This document shows positions 1 to 9,800 of a stretch of DNA of 64,000 nucleotides, piece after piece (within the stretch, counting starts at the first letter, position 1; every line of letters starts with the position of its first letter). The notes beneath the pieces were generated by a model that was given only the letters and a program-made list of their open reading frames with translations, ran no database searches and was not told the DNA's origin. A program made the translations under genes and the position numbers. This DNA is from Eledone cirrhosa (Eukaryota): positions 1,364,001 through 1,428,000 of the forward strand of contig CAXHJY010000096.1 of the NCBI GenBank assembly GCA_964016885.1. The letters are read 5' to 3'.

Positions 1-57
1 AATCAGGGGGAGATAATTTGTAAAAAAAAATCAGGGGGAGATAATTTGTAAAAAAAA

Positions 58-3000
58 TCAAGGGGAGATAATTTCCAGCCGTCCAAGGAGAGATAATTTA
101 AAAAAAAATCAGGCGGAGATAATTTGTAAAAAAAAATCAGGGGGAGATAATTTGTAAAAAAAATCAGGGGGAGATAATTTGTAAAAAAAAATCAGGGGTA
201 GATAATTTGTAAAAAAAAATCAGGGGGAGATAATTTGTAAAAAAAAATCAGGAGGAGATAATTTGTAAAAAAAATCAAGGGGAGATAATTTCCAGCCGTC
301 CAAGGAGAGATAATTTTAAAAAAAATCAGGCGGAGATAATTTGTAAAAAAAAATCAGGGGGAGATAATTTGTAAAAAAAAATCAGGGGGAGATAATTTGT
401 AAAAAAAATCAAGGGGAGATAATTTCCAGCCGTCCAAGGGGAGATAATTTTCAGCCGTCCAAGGGGAGATAATTTCCCGCCAGCCAAGGGAAGATAATAT
501 TCAAAAAAATCAGGCGGAGATAATTTGTAAAAAAAATCAGGGGGAGATAATTTGTAAAAAAATCAGGGGGAGATAATTTGTAAAAAAAAAAATCAGGGGG
601 AGATAATTTGTAAAAAAAATCAGGGGGAGATAATTTGTAAAAAAAATCAGGGGTAGATAATTTGTAAAAAAAAATCAGGGGGAGATAATTTGTAAAAAAA
701 AATCAGGGGGAGATAATTTGTAAAAAAAATGAAAGGGGAGATAATATCCAGCCGTCCAAGGGGAGATAATTTCCAGCCGTCCAAGGGGAGATAATTTCCA
801 GCCGTCCAAGGGGAGATAATTTCCATCCTTCCAAGGGGATATAATTTCCAGCCGTCCAAGGGGAGATAATTTCCATCCTTCCAAGGGGATATAATTTCCA
901 GCCGTCCAAGGGGAGATAATTTTCAGCCGTCCAAGGAGAGGTAATTTCTAGCCGTCCAAGGAGAGATAATTTCCAGCCGTCCAAGGGGAGATAATTTCCA
1001 GCCGTCCAAGGGGAGATAATTTCCAGCCGTCCAAGGAGACATATTTTCCAGCCGTCCAAGGAGAGGTAATTCCTAGCCGTCCAAGGGGAGATAAATTCCA
1101 GCCTCCAAGGGGAGATAATTTCCAGCCAGCCAAGGGGAGATAATTTGTAAAAAAAATCAGGGGGAGATAATTTGTAAAAAAAATCAGGGGGAGATAATTT
1201 GTAAAAAAAAATCAGGGGTAGATAATTTGTAAAAAATAATCAGGGGGAGATAATTTGTAAAAAAAATCAAGGGGAGATAATTTCCAGCCGTCCAAGGGGA
1301 GATAATTTTCAGCCGTCCAAGGGGAGATAATTTCCCGCCAGCCAAGGGAAGATAATATTTGAAAAAATTAGGCGGAGATAATTTGTAAAAAAAATCAGGG
1401 GGAGATAATTTGTAAAAAAATCAGGGGGAGATAATTTGTAAAAAAAATCAGGGGGAGATAATTTGTAAAAAAAATCAGGGGGAGATAATTTGTAAAAAAA
1501 AATCAGGGGGAGATAATTTGTAAAAAAAATCAAGGGGAGATAATTTCCAGCCGTCCAAGGGAAGATAATTTCCAGCCCTCCAAGGGGCTATAATTTCCAG
1601 CGTCCAAGGGGAGATAATTTCCAGCCAGCGAAGGGGAGATAATTTTTTTTAAAAAATCATTGGGAGATTTGTAAAAAAAATCAGGGGGAGATAATTTGTA
1701 AAAAAAATCAAGGGGAGATAATTTCCAGCCGTCCAAGGGGAGGTAATATCTAGCTGTCCAAGGGGAGATAATTTCCAGCCGTCCAAGGGGAGATAATTTC
1801 CAGCCGTCCAAGGGTAGATAATATCCAGCCGTCCAAGGACATATTTTCCAGCCGTCCAAGGAGAGGTAATTTCTAGCCGTCCAAGGGGAGATAAATTCCA
1901 GCCTCCAAGGTGAGATAATTTCCAGCCAGCCAAGGGGAGATAATTTGTAAAAAAATCAGGGGGAGATAATTTGTAAAAAAAATCAGGGGGAGATAATTTG
2001 TAAAAAAAAATCAGGGGGAGATAATTTGTAAAAAAAAATCAGGGGGAGATAATTTGTAAAAAAAAATCAGGGGGAGATAATTTGTAAAAAAATCAAGGGG
2101 AGATAATTTGTAAAAAGAATCAGGGGGAGATAATTTGTAAAAAAAAATCAGGGGTAGATAAATTGTAAAAAAAAATCAGGGGGAGATAATTTGTAAAAAA
2201 AATCAGGGGGAGATAATTTGTAAAAAAAATGAAAGGGGAGATAATATCCAGCCGTCCAAGGGGAGATAATTTCCAGCCGTCCAAGGGGAGATAATTTCCA
2301 GCCGTCCAAGGGGAGATAATTTCCATCCTTCCAAGGGGATATAATTTCCAGCCGTCCAAGGGGAGATAATTTCCCGCCAGCCAAGGGAAGATAATTTTTA
2401 AAAAAATCAGGCGGAGATTGTAAAAAAAATCAGGGGGGAGATAATTTGTAAAAAAATCAGGGGGAGATAATTTGTAAAAAAAAATCAGGGGGAGATAATT
2501 TGTAAAAAATAATCAGGGGGAGATAATTTGTAAAAAAAAATCAAGGGGAGATAATTTCCAGCCGTCCAAGGGGAGATAATTTCCCGCCAGCCAAGGGAAG
2601 ATAATATTTAAAAAAATTAGTCGGAGATAATTTGTAAAAAAAATCAGGGGGAGATAATTTGTAAAAAAATCAGGGGGAGATAATTTGTAAAAAAAATCAG
2701 GGGGAGATAATTTGTAAAAAAATTCATGGGGAGATAATTTGTAAAAAAAAATCAGGGGTAGATAATTTGTAAAAAAAAATCAGGGGGAGATAATTTGTAA
2801 AAAAAAAATCAGGGGTAGATAATTTGTAAAAAAAATCAAGGGGAGATAATTTCCAGCCGTCCAAGGGGAGATAATTTTCAGCCGTCCAAGGAGAGGTAAT
2901 TTCTAGCCGTCCAAGGGGAGATAATTTCCAGCCGTCCAAGGGGAGGTAATTTCCAGCCGTCCAAGGGGAGATAATTTTAAAAAAAAAATCAGGCGGAGAT

Positions 3001-6000
3001 AATTTGTAAAAAAAATCAAGGGGAGATAATTTGCAGCCGTCCAAGGGGAGATAATTTTCAGTCGTCCAAGGAGAGGTAATTTCTAGCCGTCCAAGGGGAG
3101 ATAATTGCCAGCCGTCCAAGGGGAGATAATTTCCAGCCGTCCAAGGGGAGATAATTTTTTTTAAAAAATCAGGCGGAGATAATTTGTAAAAAAAATCAGG
3201 GGGAGATAATTTGTAAACAAAATCAGGGGGAGATAATTTGTAAAAAAAAATCAGGGGGAGATAATTTGTAAAAAAAATCATGGAGAGATAATTTCCAGCC
3301 GTCCAAGGTGAGATAATTTCCAGCCGTCCAAGGAGACATATTTTCCAGCCGTCCAAGGCGAGGTAATTTCTAGCCGTCCAAGGGGAGATAAATTCCAGCC
3401 TCCAAGGGGAGATAATTTCCAGCCAGCCAAGTGGAGATAATTTGTAAAAAAATCAGGGGGAGATAATTTGTAAAAAATATCAGGGAGATAATTTGTAAAA
3501 AAAAATCAGGGGGAGATAATTTGTAAAAAAAATCAGGGGGAGATAATTTGTAAAAAAAAATCAGGGGGAGATAATTTGTAAAAAAAATCAAGGGGAGATA
3601 ATTTCCAGCCGTCCAAGGGGAGATAATTTTCAGCCGTCCAAGGGGAGATAATTTCCCGCCAGCCAAGGGAAGATAATATTTAAAAAAATCAGGCGGAGAT
3701 AATTTGTAAAAAAAATCAGGGGGAGATAATTTGTAAAAAAATCAGGGGGAGATAATTTGTAAAAAAAAAATCAGGGGGAGATAATTTGTAAAAAAAATCA
3801 GGGGGAGATAATTTGTAAAAAAAAATCAGGGATAGATAATTTGTAAACAAAAATCAGGGGGAGATAATTTGTAAAAAAAAATCAGGGGGAGATAATTTGT
3901 AAAAAAAATGAAAGGGGAGATAATATCCAGCAGTCCAAGGGGAGATAATTTCCAGCCGTCCAAGGGGATATAATTTCCAGCCGTCCAAGGGGAGATAATT
4001 TCCATCCTTCCAAGGGGATATAATTTCCAGCCGTCCAAGGGGAGATAATTTCCCGCCAGCCAAGGGAAGATAATTTTTAAAAAAATCAGGCGGAGATTGT
4101 AAAAAAAATCAGGGGGGAGATAATTTGTAAAAAAATCAGGGGGAGATAATTTGTAAAAAATAATCAGGGGGAGATAATTTGTAAAAAAATTCAAGGGGAG
4201 ATAATTTCCAGCCGTCCAAGGGGAGATAATTTCCCGCCAGCCAAGGGAAGATAATATTTAAAAAAATTAGGCGGAGATAATTTGTAAAAAAAATCAGGGG
4301 GAGATAATTTGTAAAAAAATCAGGGGGAGATAATTTGTAAAAAAAATCAGGGGGAGATAATTTGTAAAAAAAATCATGGGGAGATAATTTGTAAAAAAAA
4401 ATCAGGGGTAGATAATTTGTAAAAAAAAATCAGGGGGAGATAATTTGTAAAAAAAAATCAGGGGGAGATAATTTGTAAAAAAAATCAAGGGGAGATAATA
4501 TCCAGCCGTCCAAGGAGAGATAATTTTAAAAAAAAATGAGGCGGAGATAATTTGTAAAAAAAAAATCAGGGGGAGTTAATTTGTAAAAAAAAATGAGGGG
4601 GAGATAATTTGTAAAAAAAATCAAGGGGAGATAATTTCCAGCCGTCCAAGGGGAGATAATTTTCAGCCGTCCAAGGAGAGGTAATTTCCAGCCGTCCAAG
4701 GGGAGATAATTTTAAAAAAAAAATCAGGCGGAGATAATTTGTAAAAAAAATCAAGGGGAGATAATTTGCAGCCGTCCAAGGGGAGATAATTTTCAGTCGT
4801 CCAAGGAGAGGTAATTTCTAGCCGTCCAAGGGGAGATAATTTCCAGCCGTCCAAGGGGAGATAATTTCCAGCCGTCCAAGGGGAGATAATTTTTTTTAAA
4901 AAATCAGGCGGAGATAATTTGTAAAAAAAATCAGGGGGAGATAATTTGTAAACAAAATCAGGGGGAGATAATTTGTAAAAAAAAATCAGGGGGAGATAAT
5001 TTGTAAAAAAAATTAGGCGTAGATAATTTGTAAAAAAAAATCAGGGGGAGATAATTTGTAAAAAAAAATCAGGGGGAGATAATTTGTTTAAAAAATCAAG
5101 GGGAGATAATTTGCAGCCGTCCAAGGGGAGATAATTTTCAGCCGTCCAAGGAGAGGTAATTTCTAGCCGTTCAAGGGGAGATAATTTCCAGCCGTCCAAG
5201 GGGAGATAATTTCCAGCCGTCCAAGGGGAGATAATTTTTTTTAAAAAATCAGGCGGAGATAATTTGTAAAAAAAAATCAGGGGGAGATAATTCGTAAAAA
5301 AAGATCAGGGGGAGATAATTTGTAAAAAAAAATCAGGGGGAGATAATTTGTAAAAAAAATCAAGGGGAGATAATTTCCAGCCGTCCAAGGGGAGGTAATA
5401 TCTAGCCGTCCAAGGGGAGATAATTTCCAGCCGTCCAAGGGGAGATAATTTCCAGCCGTCCAAGGGGAGATAATTTCCAGCCGTCCAAGGAGACATATTT
5501 TCCAGCCGTCCAAGGCGAGGTAATTTCTAGCCGTCCAAGGGGAGATTAATTCCAGCCTCCAAGGGGAGATAATTTCCAGCCAGCCAAGGGGAGATAATTT
5601 GTAAAAAAATCAGGGGGAGATAATTTGTAAAAAATATCAGGGAGATAATTTGTAAAAAAAAATCAGGGGGAGATAATTTGTAAAAAAAATCAGGGGGAGA
5701 TAATTTGTAAAAAAAAATCAGGGGGAGATAATTTGTAAAAAAAATCAAGGGGAGATAATTTCCAGCCGTCCAAGGGGAGATAATTTTCAGCCGTCCAAGG
5801 AGAGGTAATTTCTAACCGTCCGAGGAGAGATAATTTCCAGCCGTCCAAGGGGAGATAATTTCCAGCCGTCCAAGGGGAGATAATTTCCAGCCGTCCAAGG
5901 AGACATATTTTCCAGCCGTCCAAGGAGAGGTAATTTCTAGCCGTCCAAGGGGAGATAAATTCCAGCCTCCAAGGGGAGATAATTTCCAGCCAGCCAAGGG

Positions 6001-6846
6001 GAGATAATTTGTAAAAAAATCAGGGGGAGATAATTTGCAAAAAAAATCAGGGGGAGATAATTTGTAAAAAAAATCAGGGGGAGATAATTTGTAAAAAATA
6101 ATCAGGGGGAGATAATTTCCAGCCGTCCAAGGGAAGATAATTTCCAGCCCTCCAAGGGGCTATAATTTCCAGTGTCCAAGGGGAGATAATTTCCAGCCAG
6201 CGAAGGGGAGATAATTTTTTTTAAAAAATCATTGGGAGATTTGTAAAAAAAATCAGGGGGAGATAATTTGTAAAAAAAGTCAAGGGGAGATAATTTCCAG
6301 CCGTCCAAGGGGAGGTAATATCTAGCCGTCCAAGGGTAGATAATTTCCAGCCGTCCAACGGGAGATAATTTCCAGCCGTCCAAGGGTAGATAATATCCAG
6401 CCGCCCAAGGACATATTTTCCAGCCGTCCAAGGAGAGGTAATTTCTAGCCGTCCAAGGGGAGATAATTTCCAGCCGTCCAAGGGTAGATAATATCCAGCC
6501 GTCCAAGGACATATTTTCCAGCCGTCCAAGGAGAGGTAATTTCTAGCCGTCCAAGGGGAGATAAATTCCAGCCTCCAAGGGGAGATAATTTCCAGCCAGC
6601 CAAGGGGAGATAATTTGTAAAAAAATCAGGGGGAGATAATTTGTAAAAAAAATCAGGGGGAGATAATTTGTAAAAAAAAATCAGGGGGAGATAATTTGTA
6701 AAAAAAAATCAGGGTGAGATAATTTGCAAAAAAAATCAGGGGGAGATAATTTGTAAAAGAAAATCAGGGGTAGATAATTTGTAAAAAAAAATCAGGGGGA
6801 GATAATTTGTAAAAAAAAATCAGGGGGAGATAATTTGTAAAAAAAA
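58..6846 (+). repeat. Higher-order repeat copy 1 (6789 bp)
   Basis: The anchor TCAAGGGGAGATAATTTCCAGCCGTCCAAGGAGAG at 58 recurs in homologous context at 6847. Spurious ORFs recur at a constant offset of 6734 (647->7381, 1530->8264, 2724->9458, 3826->10560). Confidence 0.93.
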
Positions 6847-9800
6847 TCAAGGGGAGATAATTTCCAGCCGTCCAAGGAGAGATAATTTAAAAAAAAATCA
6901 GGCGGAGATAATTTGTAAAAAAAAATCAGGGGTAGATAATTTGTAAAAAAAAATCAGGGGGAGATAATTTGTAAAAAAAAATCAGGAGGAGATAATTTGT
7001 AAAAAAAATCAAGGGGAGATAATTTCCAGCCGTCCAAGGAGAGATAATTTTAAAAAAAATCAGGCGGAGATAATTTGTAAAAAAAAATCAGGGGGAGATA
7101 ATTTGTAAAAAAAAATCAGGGGGAGATAATTTGTAAAAAAAATCAAGGGGAGATAATTTCCAGCCGTCCAAGGGGAGATAATTTTCAGCCGTCCAAGGGG
7201 AGATAATTTCCCGCCAGCCAAGGGAAGATAATATTCAAAAAAATCAGGCGGAGATAATTTGTAAAAAAAATCAGGGGGAGATAATTTGTAAAAAAATCAG
7301 GGGGAGATAATTTGTAAAAAAAAAAATCAGGGGGAGATAATTTGTAAAAAAAATCAGGGGGAGATAATTTGTAAAAAAAATCAGGGGTAGATAATTTGTA
7401 AAAAAAAATCAGGGGGAGATAATTTGTAAAAAAAAATCAGGGGGAGATAATTTGTAAAAAAAATGAAAGGGGAGATAATATCCAGCCGTCCAAGGGGAGA
7501 TAATTTCCAGCCGTCCAAGGGGAGATAATTTCCAGCCGTCCAAGGGGAGATAATTTCCATCCTTCCAAGGGGATATAATTTCCAGCCGTCCAAGGGGAGA
7601 TAATTTCCATCCTTCCAAGGGGATATAATTTCCAGCCGTCCAAGGGGAGATAATTTTCAGCCGTCCAAGGAGAGGTAATTTCTAGCCGTCCAAGGAGAGA
7701 TAATTTCCAGCCGTCCAAGGGGAGATAATTTCCAGCCGTCCAAGGGGAGATAATTTCCAGCCGTCCAAGGAGACATATTTTCCAGCCGTCCAAGGAGAGG
7801 TAATTCCTAGCCGTCCAAGGGGAGATAAATTCCAGCCTCCAAGGGGAGATAATTTCCAGCCAGCCAAGGGGAGATAATTTGTAAAAAAAATCAGGGGGAG
7901 ATAATTTGTAAAAAAAATCAGGGGGAGATAATTTGTAAAAAAAAATCAGGGGTAGATAATTTGTAAAAAATAATCAGGGGGAGATAATTTGTAAAAAAAA
8001 TCAAGGGGAGATAATTTCCAGCCGTCCAAGGGGAGATAATTTTCAGCCGTCCAAGGGGAGATAATTTCCCGCCAGCCAAGGGAAGATAATATTTGAAAAA
8101 ATTAGGCGGAGATAATTTGTAAAAAAAATCAGGGGGAGATAATTTGTAAAAAAATCAGGGGGAGATAATTTGTAAAAAAAATCAGGGGGAGATAATTTGT
8201 AAAAAAAATCAGGGGGAGATAATTTGTAAAAAAAAATCAGGGGGAGATAATTTGTAAAAAAAATCAAGGGGAGATAATTTCCAGCCGTCCAAGGGAAGAT
8301 AATTTCCAGCCCTCCAAGGGGCTATAATTTCCAGCGTCCAAGGGGAGATAATTTCCAGCCAGCGAAGGGGAGATAATTTTTTTTAAAAAATCATTGGGAG
8401 ATTTGTAAAAAAAATCAGGGGGAGATAATTTGTAAAAAAAATCAAGGGGAGATAATTTCCAGCCGTCCAAGGGGAGGTAATATCTAGCTGTCCAAGGGGA
8501 GATAATTTCCAGCCGTCCAAGGGGAGATAATTTCCAGCCGTCCAAGGGTAGATAATATCCAGCCGTCCAAGGACATATTTTCCAGCCGTCCAAGGAGAGG
8601 TAATTTCTAGCCGTCCAAGGGGAGATAAATTCCAGCCTCCAAGGTGAGATAATTTCCAGCCAGCCAAGGGGAGATAATTTGTAAAAAAATCAGGGGGAGA
8701 TAATTTGTAAAAAAAATCAGGGGGAGATAATTTGTAAAAAAAAATCAGGGGGAGATAATTTGTAAAAAAAAATCAGGGGGAGATAATTTGTAAAAAAAAA
8801 TCAGGGGGAGATAATTTGTAAAAAAATCAAGGGGAGATAATTTGTAAAAAGAATCAGGGGGAGATAATTTGTAAAAAAAAATCAGGGGTAGATAAATTGT
8901 AAAAAAAAATCAGGGGGAGATAATTTGTAAAAAAAATCAGGGGGAGATAATTTGTAAAAAAAATGAAAGGGGAGATAATATCCAGCCGTCCAAGGGGAGA
9001 TAATTTCCAGCCGTCCAAGGGGAGATAATTTCCAGCCGTCCAAGGGGAGATAATTTCCATCCTTCCAAGGGGATATAATTTCCAGCCGTCCAAGGGGAGA
9101 TAATTTCCCGCCAGCCAAGGGAAGATAATTTTTAAAAAAATCAGGCGGAGATTGTAAAAAAAATCAGGGGGGAGATAATTTGTAAAAAAATCAGGGGGAG
9201 ATAATTTGTAAAAAAAAATCAGGGGGAGATAATTTGTAAAAAATAATCAGGGGGAGATAATTTGTAAAAAAAAATCAAGGGGAGATAATTTCCAGCCGTC
9301 CAAGGGGAGATAATTTCCCGCCAGCCAAGGGAAGATAATATTTAAAAAAATTAGGCGGAGATAATTTGTAAAAAAAATCAGGGGGAGATAATTTGTAAAA
9401 AAATCAGGGGGAGATAATTTGTAAAAAAAATCAGGGGGAGATAATTTGTAAAAAAATTCATGGGGAGATAATTTGTAAAAAAAAATCAGGGGTAGATAAT
9501 TTGTAAAAAAAAATCAGGGGGAGATAATTTGTAAAAAAAAAATCAGGGGTAGATAATTTGTAAAAAAAATCAAGGGGAGATAATTTCCAGCCGTCCAAGG
9601 GGAGATAATTTTCAGCCGTCCAAGGAGAGGTAATTTCTAGCCGTCCAAGGGGAGATAATTTCCAGCCGTCCAAGGGGAGGTAATTTCCAGCCGTCCAAGG
9701 GGAGATAATTTTAAAAAAAAAATCAGGCGGAGATAATTTGTAAAAAAAATCAAGGGGAGATAATTTGCAGCCGTCCAAGGGGAGATAATTTTCAGTCGTC

